Positions 12,838-24,629 of a stretch of DNA of 64,000 nt are shown here, piece by piece (the first letter of the stretch is position 1; every line of letters starts with the position of its first letter). Location of the stretch: assembly GCA_051294905.1 (NCBI GenBank), contig CM119371.1, forward strand, positions 38,628,001 to 38,692,000. The letters run 5' to 3'. The translations under genes were made by a program, and so were the position numbers. The notes under the pieces are model-generated. The model saw only the letters and a program-made list of their open reading frames with translations, was not told where the DNA came from and did not search any database. The DNA is from Botryllus schlosseri (taxonomy: Eukaryota).

Positions 12838-13316
12838 CAGAGATAAGCATGGATTAGGATTAGGTTTTGGAAAAACAGGATTTGTGAAATTTTGTCGAAT
12901 TTATATTGGATTAGGATTAGAGACTTATTCTGAACGGGTTAGGATTTGGATTGGATTTACCGATTTTTTCGGGAGATTAATATGTCGTGTGGCGAATGGC
13001 GACAATTTTTATTAAGATCAGTTATTGATGTATTTATAGTACACTACACTATGGTTCACTCGGTGCAAATGAACACGAGCGGTGCAGCCCTATGCTAAGT
13101 TATCTTAATTCAAGAGAATCGTTGGTTGTGAAAGTAAATTTTCCAATCCCTCCCTTGCATAAATTAGCACTGTTTCTGAATTTCAAGTTGGAATCGGATT
13201 AGGATTGGACATGGACTTGAATATGAAAAAGTTATGGATTAGGATTAGGATTTGGATTTGAAGTTTCGGATTAGGATTGGATTAGGATATTGAATTTACA
13301 AATCCGCTCATCTCTG
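12838..13316. mobile_element. hAT-type MITE with (GGATTA/GGATTT)n subterminal repeats
   Basis: TIR CAGAGAT(A/G)AGC; 8-bp TSD ATATATAT on both sides. Confidence 0.8.
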
Positions 13317-13725
13317 ATATATATAGGCCCTACGGAAAATTTATTCAATTGACCCTAATCGCTCCTGAGTTGTCTAAATACGGTCATTTTTTTCAGAGTA
13401 GGTGCTCAGAATACCACTTTCCGCGTCTACTTTCGAGGGAGGTGACCTTTTATTAGTCACCTTTCGCGTCATATGCAGAATAAGCTTTTGGTCGTGCCAA
13501 TTAAACATATCGTGATTTACCCTGCAAAATTTCCAAAATTCAACCATTTTTTTCGTCCTAAAATCACACCTTTCTTCATGTTTATTGTCAATCGCAGTGG
13601 TAGGAGAAGGCCGATTATAGCCACCAATGAGATTACGCCACGTGTCCAGCCACGCCCACTTTCAAATTTAAATTTTCCCGCGTATTTTATTTTTAGTTTT
13701 GCTGTCACGAATTTTAATGGATTAT

Positions 13726-13960
13726 GAGAACGGATTCTCGCCGAGAATTGAACCGAGGACCTCACTACTCAGATACGTACCTTCTCCCGGAATCGAACCG
13801 CGCTCGCTCAGAACATGCGTATGTATTGAAGCTTTAAGGCCGAATGAAAACGGCTCCTTTCCCTGACTCGAACCGAGGACCCTATGACTTGTAGAACAGA
13901 ACCGTAACCACTACACTATCGCGCTCGCTTCCAATCTCTGTCTGTATTGAAGCTTTTAAA
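13726..13960 (-). repeat. tRNA-derived repeat cluster (one near-complete tRNA-like unit at 13851-13925 plus partial copies)
   Basis: Minus strand agcgcgatagtgtagtggtt...ggttcgagtcaggg has A/B boxes. Repeated pieces gaaccgaggacc and gtattgaagcttt. Acceptor stem is poor, so not called a functional tRNA. Confidence 0.55.
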
Positions 13961-13975
13961 AGGTTGTCTAATAAG

Positions 13976-15245
13976 CAGAGGTGGTCAGTAACGACGTACT
14001 TTTACTTTTTCGAAGTACTTAAGTAGTTTTCCTCTACTTCTGGTACTTACTCAAGTAGATAGAATCTTCGCTACTTCTACTTCTACTTCGTAATATTTTG
14101 TGATCTACTTACTTACTTTTCGCTATTTTCAGTTTGTCAAGTAGAAGTAGTGTAACCCTCCAATTGGAAAGAGAAACTTGGGAATTGTCGGGCTGTTTTC
14201 ACGGAGTTCTAACTTTCAATTTTAAGAAAAATAAAGTCAAACCTAGAATTTCCGTCGTCAAGTATATATAGAGTTACAAATATGTTCTCACGAAAGTTAA
14301 TATTATTTAGGTTACACGTTGCATTGCACCACATTGTCGCCCATATGACATATTTCATCACAGTAAATATGCCCCATCATAACGTTTGAAACTACCGTTT
14401 CAAAATCTAGCATTAAACCATCATATCGTAATCCTAACCCATGGCGTGTCCTATTCTGGAAATGTAGGCTCTGACTTTTTGAGCGTTAAATGTGTTCTAG
14501 CAGACCAACGTTAAAACTGCCGTGACAAAAGACATAAAATACATTTTCCGCTTTTCTGTTGTAGTATTTGTAGATCTTGTTCAATTCACAGTATCATTTA
14601 GAGTTCTAATTGGTTTCAGTTCTTTTTTCTGGGGAACATAGCCTACATGTTTAAGTTTAAAAGCAAGTATGTTGCATCGACGTCTATTTTCCTAAAATAC
14701 AATTACACTATATAGCATTTTTGCGATATGCCATATTTTGTTATCATCGTATACGAATCGCGCAAAGTGTTAATAACGTATCCATACAACTTCTCCGTAT
14801 TGCTCTTATACTAAACTAAAGGCCGTAATATGCGTGAGGGAACATGCCATGACATTTTCTAAAACGCATTATGTTCGAGTAAACAAAACATTACTATCTC
14901 ATTTCCATAGCAAAACTATCCTTGCATCTCATGATTCGGTCGAATGTTCATGCTGTCGGAAATTTATACCTCCTGGGATGCATCAATATGCTTTGTGCAT
15001 GAAGCTCTCTTCACCTTCCGCATATCTCAATTTGCAGCTTTTGAGAGTCCATGAGAACGTATTATGATCGATTTTAAAACTACTTACTTACTTGAGTAGA
15101 TTTAAAGCCAGCAAATTCTACTTCTACTTCAAGTAGTTTTAGCTTGCTCATGGAAAAAGTACTTCTACTCGTACTTGAGTAGATTTTTGCGTCGATACTT
15201 CTACTTCTACTTGAGTAGCTTTCTTGACTACTTTGACCACCTCTG
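13976..15245. mobile_element. Non-autonomous hAT element with AAGTAG/CTACTT subterminal repeats
   Basis: TIR CAGAGGTGGTCA; perfect 8-bp TSD CTAATAAG; diverged inverted relative at 49025-51209. Confidence 0.92.
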
Positions 15246-18064
15246 CTAATAAGACACAAGCATTGAAAACACATTTGTTATTGTCACCATATATTTTCCG
15301 GGATATCAACATGATAGTGCTCCCTATAATGCTCCTCATCTGAGGCGCTAAATGGCTCCCGATTTCGCGACGATTAGCATTCAAGCATTGAAACACATTT
15401 TTCCAGTTATTCTTTTAATATTGTGATATGTTTGCGATAATGTTTCTCGTCGACCTCAGAAAAGGATTCAGGTCCATTTTCCAGCCTCAAGAAAGCTGCC
15501 ATTAAATTGGAGATGGTTACCGTACGCATCCGAGCCCGCGCCCTCAATTGTACGGCGAGGCGACGAGTGTACAATTACTATTGCAGACGTACAACAAGCG
15601 CTCAATGTAAGTGGCTCTGTAAATCATGAGCAATAATAAACGACGAGTGTGCCATAACATTATAGACGTACAAACTAGCATATTCAACTAGCATTGATGC
15701 TTTATCCATATAGCGCAGTATGTGTAGCTGGATGCTAACCAATTCACATTTAACAATGCGACCCGTGCACAATTATGTAGCCCGATTTTCGTTGAATATT
15801 GACGACCCCAATAAATCGAATGAGCTCGTTTTCGCAGACATCTATGACACAGCTGTCAGTCCAATGGGCACGAAGTTGAGATTCCGTGGGGTTAAATTCC
15901 ACATCAAATAAGATCAGAGTGGCTTTTCTCGCTTTCAGAATTTGGACTGATGCGTCCGGCCTATGTCGCAACACTACAATATGTGGCAACACAAACCTGT
16001 GTACACGTACAGTTGTTATTTGTAGTGTCATCGTCGCCCGCCGATGCGATAAACTCTCAACAGCTGACACATTGGTCTTCAATCTAATACCAGCATAATT
16101 TTTGTAGGTCGAGAATAAGGGTAATTTAATTGCAACTAAGGTGCCTGCGGCTTGTTTTGGCTCGAGGGTTGAATGCAACATATGGATCCATTCGCGTGAC
16201 GCACTATAGCCTATTTAGGATGATGAGCCAAAACGCGTAGGCGAGGAAATGGAGATAATAACTAGCCTATATATTTAGAGCAAATCAAGTATTGAATTTA
16301 TGATAACGTATTCGTTATAACGTCATAAACATTTAGCGAGTTTTATAAGCTGCTTATCCTCAATAGGCCTAACCAATTTGTGGAAACTAGTGAAGAAGTG
16401 GATTGCACGGATTCTTAGAAAAGCACGAGAATCTGGTTATAGATTTGCTTATGGTACCTGCTGACAGCATCATAACCATGCGACCTTTACTTACCCGTCA
16501 GCTAATGTCTTACTATGTAAAACTTGCTTTCTGCACGTTCTTCCGTGAAGACGAACGTAATTTACTGATGTCCTAAATATTTAATTAATTCGGTTACTTT
16601 ATCTGGCAGCTCATAATTTGAAATCAGCAACGACTTCATTACATTACAAGTCTTACATTTTACGTTTCTTCTTGATCGTTTCCTTACTGCAAAAAGCGTT
16701 TATATTCAACTCGTCGCATTTTGGAGTGCTTCGAGTCGTGGCGGTAGTTATGAATAAGTTAATATTGTGCCTACTGTCCAGTGCACCTATAGATGCGGAA
16801 TCTACTTAACACGCGCATGGATCGCTTATTCCAAATAAATCGCTTAAAGTGATAAACGTGCTGGAGTTATCAATCTAAAATCACATTCATGATACGAAAT
16901 AAGTCATTGCCATTTTGAATTTATGATATTTTTATAAACTACCTTTGAAAATGCGTGCGCTCCGAAGTCAGGTCATTGCACCAGCAATAAAAAAAAAGTA
17001 ACATAGTAAGTTTAATCAGGTCGATAAAATATTATATATTTTTGAATACATTTCGTCCATATCTAAAATATATCTTGATGCTATCGTGAGCCACTAAAAT
17101 GTTGTCCGCATGTGATCCGCTAACCGTAGTTTGCTCATCCCTGGTTTTAATCATAATATTTCAAGTGAGTTCTGTTGGTAGGCAAGCCCTACCAGGGTAT
17201 ATTTTTATAAATGCGGGAGTAAATCGTTATCGAGCCCCTTTCGTTAGCAACTTCTTCAGTAACACAAAATGGGTGACCAATCGCGACCTCTCGAAGTAAA
17301 TGAACAGCATGCAATATGAACAGGACATGAAGCTACGATGTCCGATAATTCCTTTCAATTAAAGTAGAAGTATATAGCTATTTCCGACTGAGTAAAACGT
17401 TGCTCGCCATTGCGCTGTCGATAGTAGTGAGAAATGACATTCGTTTACTTTCGATAAATCAAACATACGGGCTCATGTCGAGGGCAATTTTTAGAACTCT
17501 AATATCGCATAGCCTAACTTTGCAATATTTTTCGATTTATTTAGTCATGTTTTCCTTGCAATAGCCATTCAGCATCGTGAAAATTCATAGTAGCCTACAA
17601 TTTAGAATAAACTTCTACCTTTCATCAAGGTCGTTGAAAAAGTACTTATCAACATTTAACTATCATGACATAGTAAACTTCTACTCAAGTAAGAGAAGTA
17701 CCGATTGTAAGATGATTAGAAAATTAGTATTACGGACTCAGTTTTGCCTAAAACCTAAATAACAACATGTTATCTGATCCATTCCGAGTCGCGAGATTGA
17801 ATATCCCTGAAAAATGAATAATATTCATAATATTCACATTGCTATACATGAAATTTGCTCTGACATTGGCCATAGTGACCATTTAGAATTGGATACTCAA
17901 GGAGTCGATATTTCTTCGATGCGCCTAGTGCACTAATTCGAGTGCTGAAATCCGAATCGACTATGTTTGTTATAATGATTCGAGTCGAGTTGTAAAATTT
18001 AATTAGCGAGCACTGAAATTACAGTAATATAGTTATATGACCGATGCGAAATTTGGTAGCCATT

Positions 18065-18448
18065 TCCCCGGAATAGTAATCAATCCGAAACATTATGATA
18101 AATAGATAATGTTGAAGAAACATAAAAATATCATCAATGGTGTATGTATTATGAAACTGGAAATATTGTATTTGCGGTAGACCGCAATTAGTTTCCAATT
18201 CGTAATTTCAACCGCATTGGTAGTTTTTTTCATAAAAATAAATCAACAAATACTTTGATGCTAGTTTCAAAATGACGTAAATCTCTTAATGAATTTTCCT
18301 TGAATAGTAATTAATCCGAAACATTATCATGCAAGGTCTGGGAAACATAAAAATATCATTAATGTGGTATGTATTGTGAAACAGGCAATATTTTCTTTGC
18401 GGTTACCAGAGAATATGTTCTAATTCGTAATTTCAACCCCATCATCAG
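18065..18448 (+). repeat. Diverged ~230-bp tandem duplication; the second unit is split by the LTR element and continues at 22554 into the Bcl-2 upstream region
   Basis: gaatagtaat(c/t)aatccgaaacattat at 18071 and 18302; aattcgtaatttcaacc in both units. Confidence 0.75.
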
Positions 18449-18659
18449 TGTGGTGAATTCTTGTGCGCGATTGTCTCGTCCTTTATATTTAGTTAAACCA
18501 ATTATTACTTGATTACCTGCCTTTTCCTCTATATATTGTCTCGCTCCTAATTTGTCATTTCTTGGTACCTTATAGTTGCTGGCCTAGCTGTGTTGCGTAT
18601 AGTGCTCGTTTTCAGTTAATAAAAGCCTTGGTTACTCTGTGAAATAAAGGTCATCACAA

Positions 18660-18675
18660 TTTTATTAACTGAAAA
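18660..18675 (+). promoter_or_regulatory. Non-tRNA primer-binding site complementary to the LTR (putative self-priming site)
   Basis: TTTTATTAACTGAAAA is the exact reverse complement of LTR 18609-18624 (TTTTCAGTTAATAAAA); there is no TGG start. Confidence 0.8.
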
Positions 18676-18683
18676 GATCTACT

Positions 18684-21600
18684 ATGGCGTCGAACCAGAC
18701 GCTCATTCGCGTTCCCGTGTTAAAGGCTATGCCGAGGGATGATGATGCTGGTCAGGAGTTCAAGCACTGGATGCGCATTATAAAGGCGTATCTCACGTCC
18801 GTCGATGCTGCTAGAAGAGATGGTGACCCAGAGATCGATAGTTTCAGTATAATGGCAGGGTACTTGTCGGCTGAATCTTTTTCGCTGGTTGAGGAAGAAT
18901 CGACCTTTACGGATGCGATGAAACTTCTAGAGGGCTTGTACGTGAAAAAGAAGAATCTTGTCTATGCGCGCCATGAATTAGCCACAAGGAATCAGCAGCC
19001 ATCGGAGACCATATCTGAGTACGTTCAGAGTCTCCATGCTCTGGCTAAGCAATGCGAATTCAAGGACATTTCGGCAGCACAGTACAAGGAGGAGTCCGTG
19101 ATGAATGCAATGATCACCGGATTGCGCTCTTCAAGTATACGACAAAGGTTGCTAGAGTATGAGGACCTCACACTGCAGAAGGCCATCCAAGTTGCTGATA
19201 CTCTTGAAAAAGCACAGAAGTTCTCTGAAAACTACCAGCAGCCGTTGGCATCGGTCGCCAAGGTATCTGTATGTGCGGATAGCGCTAATGACTACGCACT
19301 CGATACCAAACCAGATCCGTCTGCCATTGCTGCTTCAACCTCGAAGACTCGTAAATACCAGAAGAAATGCTGTTATTGTGGCACTCGTCATGTTTTTCGC
19401 AAGAGTCTCTGTCCCGCGAAGGATGCTGAATGCTTTGGATGTGGGAAGATCGGGCATTTCAAGAAATACTGCGATTCGCTTTATGCCGACGAACCTATCA
19501 AGGATTCGGACCGCCGACGTGTGGCATCGCTTCTGGCTGGGATTCCGAGCTCGTTAAAAGGTGCAATTATTACGATTGGTTTGGAAGGCAATGACTTGGA
19601 TGCGCTATTGGATTCGGGGGCCGCCGAGAACTACATAGATTATCAGGTGGCGTTGCGGCTGAAGTTGTCGATTACACCATGCGATGTCACCGTTGGGCTG
19701 GCATCAAAAGATGCAGTAACCAAAATGCGTGGCTCCGTAGTGGTGTCCATAAACATTTCCGGAAGCGTCTACCGTAACGTTCATTTTGGTGTCGTTTCTA
19801 ATCTATGCGCCGATGTTATCTTGGGACACGAGTTTCTAGAACAGCATAAAGAGGTGATATTTAAATTTAATGGACCTCGTGATACACTTTATGTCGGACA
19901 GTGCAACCTTGCCGCTGCTAAAACCTACGAGATTCCGAGACTGTTTCGATTTCTTGATCCGGATAGCAAACCCATAGCAACAAAATCGAGGTATTATTCC
20001 CGCCAGGATAAATCTTTCATCAATTCCGAGATTGAGAGAATGTTGGGGGAAGGGATAATAGAAAGGTCTTCCTCGCCCTGGAGGGCGCAAGTTGTCGTAA
20101 CCAAAGGCGACAGACATAAAAAACGTATGGTTATTGACTATTCACAAACGATAAACCGTTATACGTATCTGGACGCATATCCTCTGCCGAAAATTGACGA
20201 GGTCGTCAACGAGATAGCGAAAGGTAGCGTTTATAGCTCTGTTGATTTAAAGTCTGCCTACCATCAGATTCCCTTGTCGGATGACGACAAGCCGCCAACA
20301 GCGTTTGAGGCGAATGGGCGGCTGTATCAGTTTCGTAGAGTTCCATTTGGTGTGACTAATGGTGTTTCAGCTTTCCAGCGTTTCATTGACACGTTCATCG
20401 ATCGCAATAAGCTGGAAGGTACGGTGGCATATCTTGATGACATCACGATCATTGGGCGGTCACAGGAGGAACACGATAGACGTCTGAAGGCCTTCATGGA
20501 AGCTGCAAAATTGAGTAATTTAACACTGAACCTAGAGAAATCCGTTTTTTCAGTGAAAAAGCTCAGACTTCTCGGCCACTGCGTATCCCACGGTGATATC
20601 AGACCCGATCCTGAAAATCTGCGACCGCTCATGGAAATGAAACCACCTGGAAATGCTGCAGAAATGAAGCGATGCATTGGTATGTTTGCGTATTACTCTA
20701 AATGGATCGTCAATTTTTCAGAAAAGTTGAAACCTCTAACAGAAAATAGAGGGTATCGACTGGGGCAGGAGGCGTCGAACGCTTTTCGGAAGCTCAAAAA
20801 TGGTTTGCTGGAAGCCAGTCTTGGATACATATGTGATGATTCTCCGTTTGTTGTGGAGTGCGACGCATCAAACTCTGCTGTCGCTGCTGTTTTGAGCCAG
20901 AAAGGTAGGCCGGTCGCGTTCGCGTCTAGAACGCTCAATAAGACGGAACAGAACTATCCGGCCGTTGAGAAGGAAGCTGCCGCTATCATAGAAGGTTTAC
21001 GCAGATGGGGATATCTGCTTCACGGTAAAAGGTTCAAGTTGGTTACCGACCAAAAGGCTTTGTCCTTCATTTTCAAGAAATGTCATAAGAGTAAAATTAA
21101 AAACACAAAGCTTCTACTGTGGAAACTTGAACTTAGTGCATTCGATTATGAAATTGAACATCGTCCTGGAATACAGAATTTTGCTGCTGATGCTATATCA
21201 AGGATATTTTCTGTCCATTCTATTTCAGCATTGCGGGAGGCACATGTTAATTTAGGACACCCGGGAGTTCGGAGGCTTATGCATTTCGTCAGGGCTAAAA
21301 ATTTGCCCTTTTCGATTGATGACGTTAAAGCCGAATGCCGATCGTGCATGGAGTGTGCCAGAATCAAGCCTCGTTATTTTCGGCCGGCGGAGGAGTGCTT
21401 GTTGATTAAAGCTACGAAACCAATGGAGCGACTGAGTGTGGATTTCAAAGGCCCGGTTGCTGGCAGAAATAAGTATCTTTTGATAATCATTGACGAGTTC
21501 AGTCGTTTTCCGTTTGCCTACCCGTGTAGGGATATGTCTTCGAGAACAGTAATCAATCGATTGTCTCAGTTGTTCTCACTTGTCGGCGCTCCTAACTATA

Positions 21601-22289
21601 TCCATAGTGACCGGGGGATGTCGTTTCTTTCCACAGAGGTGAAGACCTTCCTTGCGAAAAGGGGGATTGCGAGCAGTCATTCAACGCCTTATCACCCGAC
21701 GGGAAACTCTCAGTGCGAAAGAGTGAACCAAACGATATGGAGAACTGTCAAGCTTCAGCTGGCCTCTCAGAATATGCGCGAAGATGACTGGGAAATGGTA
21801 CTTCCCGATGCTCTTCATTCTGTGCGTTCATTGCTGTGCACTGCAACTAATGTTACTCCGCACGAAAGGTTTTTCGCATTCCCTCGTAAGTCTACGTTCG
21901 GGCAATCTTTACCAGATTGGTTGCTTCAAAGTGATACTGTTCTGCTACGCAAGCACGTCAGAAGCAAGGATGAACCCTTGTGTGAGCCCGTGGATTTGTT
22001 GGATGCAAATTCGAAGTATGCCTCTGTCCGTTATCGCAATGGTACGGAATGGAGAGTTTCGGTGAAAGATTTAGCGCCCTATCCGAAGAACCGAGATGAC
22101 ATCGAGTCAAGAGCCGCTGCGGAACATATTGAACTTGACGACGCCGATCCTTGTGATCAGCGTAACTCACCTACTGCTCCAGAAGTCGCATTGGACCAAG
22201 ACAGCCCGCAGACGGCTGAAGATAATGATAGTCCGCCTTTACGCCGGTCTACCAGAAACCGTAAAGCCCCCGATCGTTTTCGATATTGA
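18684..22289 (+). CDS. Gag-Pol polyprotein, 1201 aa (Gag with two zinc knuckles, aspartic protease, RT, RNase H, integrase)
   Basis: Knuckles CCYCGTRH...C and CFGCGKIGHFKKYC; protease LLDSGA; RT VDLKSAYHQ, PFGV, YLDD; RNase H ECDAS; integrase H-x4-H...C-x2-C, SVDF, SDRG, ERVN. Gypsy domain order PR-RT-RH-IN. Confidence 0.98.
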   Translation: MASNQTLIRVPVLKAMPRDDDAGQEFKHWMRIIKAYLTSVDAARRDGDPEIDSFSIMAGYLSAESFSLVEEESTFTDAMKLLEGLYVKKKNLVYARHELATRNQQPSETISEYVQSLHALAKQCEFKDISAAQYKEESVMNAMITGLRSSSIRQRLLEYEDLTLQKAIQVADTLEKAQKFSENYQQPLASVAKVSVCADSANDYALDTKPDPSAIAASTSKTRKYQKKCCYCGTRHVFRKSLCPAKDAECFGCGKIGHFKKYCDSLYADEPIKDSDRRRVASLLAGIPSSLKGAIITIGLEGNDLDALLDSGAAENYIDYQVALRLKLSITPCDVTVGLASKDAVTKMRGSVVVSINISGSVYRNVHFGVVSNLCADVILGHEFLEQHKEVIFKFNGPRDTLYVGQCNLAAAKTYEIPRLFRFLDPDSKPIATKSRYYSRQDKSFINSEIERMLGEGIIERSSSPWRAQVVVTKGDRHKKRMVIDYSQTINRYTYLDAYPLPKIDEVVNEIAKGSVYSSVDLKSAYHQIPLSDDDKPPTAFEANGRLYQFRRVPFGVTNGVSAFQRFIDTFIDRNKLEGTVAYLDDITIIGRSQEEHDRRLKAFMEAAKLSNLTLNLEKSVFSVKKLRLLGHCVSHGDIRPDPENLRPLMEMKPPGNAAEMKRCIGMFAYYSKWIVNFSEKLKPLTENRGYRLGQEASNAFRKLKNGLLEASLGYICDDSPFVVECDASNSAVAAVLSQKGRPVAFASRTLNKTEQNYPAVEKEAAAIIEGLRRWGYLLHGKRFKLVTDQKALSFIFKKCHKSKIKNTKLLLWKLELSAFDYEIEHRPGIQNFAADAISRIFSVHSISALREAHVNLGHPGVRRLMHFVRAKNLPFSIDDVKAECRSCMECARIKPRYFRPAEECLLIKATKPMERLSVDFKGPVAGRNKYLLIIIDEFSRFPFAYPCRDMSSRTVINRLSQLFSLVGAPNYIHSDRGMSFLSTEVKTFLAKRGIASSHSTPYHPTGNSQCERVNQTIWRTVKLQLASQNMREDDWEMVLPDALHSVRSLLCTATNVTPHERFFAFPRKSTFGQSLPDWLLQSDTVLLRKHVRSKDEPLCEPVDLLDANSKYASVRYRNGTEWRVSVKDLAPYPKNRDDIESRAAAEHIELDDADPCDQRNSPTAPEVALDQDSPQTAEDNDSPPLRRSTRNRKAPDRFRY

Positions 22290-22657
22290 GCCAATTGCCA
22301 ATTCCCTGTACGTATTGTACGATTTCCTTTCGGACGGGGAGATTGTGGTGAATTCTTGTGCGCGATTGTCTCGTCCTTTATATTTAGTTAAACCAATTAT
22401 TACTTGATTACCTGCCTTTTCCTCTATATATTGTCTCGCTCCTAATTTGTCATTTCTTGGTACCTTATAGTTGCTGGCCTAGCTGTGTTGCGTATAGTGC
22501 TCGTTTTCAGTTAATAAAAGCCTTGGTTACTCTGTGAAATTAAGGTCATCACAATCAGTGTCTCATAATAATGAATTAGCAAATCCTTGGATCCTAATTT
22601 CAAAGTAGCTTAGCTTAGATATCTGAATGAGCTCTGACTTGCTGTTATCTTCAAACC

Positions 22658-23538
22658 ATGGAATTATTACGAGTATCACCATCGGTCACTGAAGAAAAGG
22701 ATGATATTATATCCGGGCATATTCCTTGGCTCGGAATTTTATCATGTACGAACTAGACGGTCCAAGCGTTACAGCAAATACGAATGCGGAGACAACCTTA
22801 CGGCGAGTTGGTGATGAAATGTTTGAGCGACATCGAACTGTCGTAAACGCAATCTCTAAATGTCTCCGATACAGTATTGTTGAAGTCGATGAAAAATATG
22901 AAGAATATTCTGCGGATGAGCGGATGTTTCTGATGATAGCTGATGAAATTTTTAAAGATACCCAAGAAAATTGGGGTCGGATTGTATCTGTGTTTGTGCT
23001 GGGTAGCATTCTTGCTCGCGAAAACGAGGAAGAGCATCACGGTGATAATATAGAAGGTATCATACAGTCAGTCGGGAATTACATCGGTAGAAGAAGACGA
23101 AAGTGGATAGGGGAAAATGGAGGATGGGTAAGCGATTTTGCACGCCCTGATAAGGATTTGGTAATTATCGTTTAGCTTGAGGTACTGTGTATCTGCTCTC
23201 GAGAGCCCATACCATCTATCGATAATGAAACTTAGCTTGCACTTCACCATTCGGTTTTCAATTCACATTTTGTCATAAGGCACAGAAATTTACAGACTAA
23301 GCGCTCCGATCTTTGAATTACCTAGCAAGTACGGTGACTTTCCTCTGCAAGATTAGGAACCCTTACATTTTTTTCTTTGTTTCAGGACAGATTTGTAGGA
23401 TTTTTTGATAACGCAGCTTTCGATGATAGCAAAGTTTGGAAGAGGCTCATGTTTGCCGGAATTGGACTGACATCTATTGCAATGGCAATAACAAGATCAT
23501 GGATACTCCTTTGCCATACATCATGTAATATTTTTTAA
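22658..23538 (+). CDS. Bcl-2 family protein, Mcl-1-like (exon 1 22658-23127, exon 2 23386-23538); frameshift at about 22708-22712, so either a pseudogene or initiated at ATG 22744
   Basis: BH3 TLRRVGDE; BH1 NWGRIVSVFVLG; BH2 WIGENGGW|DRFVGFF with a GT-AG intron (23128-23385) at the usual BH2 position; hydrophobic tail VWKRLMFAGIGLTSIAMAIT. ATG 22658 (accATGg) is out of frame with the BH domains, and removing 2 nt from the ATAT run restores DDIIRAYSLARNF. Confidence 0.9.
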
Positions 23539-24100
23539 ATAATATATTTCTTCGCCGTTTCATTACATCAATTTTCACTGTAGGACGGATGCAGTTTCTT
23601 CTGAGATTACATGAAAGATTGATCCATAAAACCGTCTTTATTTGGAACATTTCTATTCTTCAAATTTATCCAGCTACGTAAGGGAATTGTTAGGTTACCT
23701 AGAAAACGCCGCAGGTCATATTTGACCCAATTCCGACCATAGTTGCGACAGGGAGTTATGACATCTCAAAATTATCCATCTTTCTATGCCAAATATCGTT
23801 GATTCTCCACGACCAAATATCGTGTTCTATAAATATTGTGTATATGGAACAGATATAAATGTTGCTATTTTGTTGTTATTTACGAAGAATACTTTGCTCA
23901 GTAATTAATTTCACGGGAATTCTAAACTTCAATACATACAAGTGAGCCAAGTTACATTTACCTGGGTTAACCTGTAGTGTTATGTGATTACCTACAATTT
24001 TACCAAGACGTAGCGAACACAATAAGTAATATGAAGTGAAGGAATAAGGGGGCCAAATCCCAATGTATAGATGCATATTTATGCGGAAATATCGTCTTAC

Positions 24101-24546
24101 CGGACGAATGCAATTGTTTCCTTAAAGTGTTCCTGTCTACGCCATTCAAGCGCGGTAAGATCGGTTTGTGTTGGCGACATTCGGGATGATATTTCACGAA
24201 GCTCTGAATGGTAGTCACATATTCCTCGTCGATTCTTGTTCTATCGCTGTCACTGAGGTCGAATACCTTTAGCTGTTCATTGAATAATTGATTATTAGGC
24301 GGTTTAGATCAATTTCATAAACGAAATCTGAACTACATTGCTTTATTGAGAACCACGAGAGAGCAGGAAATAACTTACTGTAGCGCATCGTTTCCCCATC
24401 TCTTCGGTAAAATTCCTGATTTGCAATGAAAGCATCTTGCAATTACTCAGGTTAAATTCTTCAACGCGGGTTTTATGCAGGATTTCAGTTACTGTTTTGT
24501 AGCAGGAGGAAATGTCAGGATTTCTACACAAATCCGGCGAATGCAT
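24101..24546 (-). pseudogene. Two NLR/ribonuclease-inhibitor-type LRR exons (24546-24379 and 24272-24101); gene fragment
   Basis: ag|MHSPDLCRN...VEEFNLSNCKM...|gtaagt (168 nt, phase 0) and cag|LKVFDLSDSD...|gtaaga. LxxLxLxxN/C pattern. No upstream exons identified. Confidence 0.6.
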
Positions 24547-24629
24547 CTTAAACACAGTGTGATGTTCAAATATTTTACGACGCTACAAACAGCTCAGTTG
24601 CTGTAACAATGATATTTATCGACGACAGA

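Larger units (their letters stand above)
18449..22553 (+). mobile_element. Full-length Ty3/Gypsy LTR retrotransposon (Mag-like), very recent insertion
   Basis: LTRs 18449-18658 and 22344-22553 (210 bp, TG...CA, one mismatch: aaataaagg vs aaattaagg). 5-bp TSD ATCAG. Polypurine tract ggacggggaga just before the 3' LTR. Intact single ORF. Confidence 0.98.

Noticed and set aside
12850..13290. Telomere-like (TTAGGA) repeats
   Set aside because: They are confined within a TIR/TSD-bounded MITE as subterminal motifs.
13851..13925. Functional tRNA gene
   Set aside because: Acceptor and anticodon stems pair poorly and it sits among partial copies; better described as a tRNA-derived repeat.
15430..16181. 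Possible exons (…TITIADVQQALN|gtaagt, faintly histone-fold-like) and the 143-aa minus-strand ORF
   Set aside because: No consistent multi-exon frame or recognisable domain; the similarity is too short to support a call.
19159..22407. Alternative-frame and antisense ORFs within the Gypsy element; env gene
   Set aside because: They are shadow ORFs of gag-pol. Only about 55 bp separate the pol stop from the 3' LTR, leaving no room for env.
22658..23538. Viral Bcl-2 within an endogenous virus
   Set aside because: It has a spliceosomal intron at the cellular BH2 position, and no viral hallmark genes are visible in the window.
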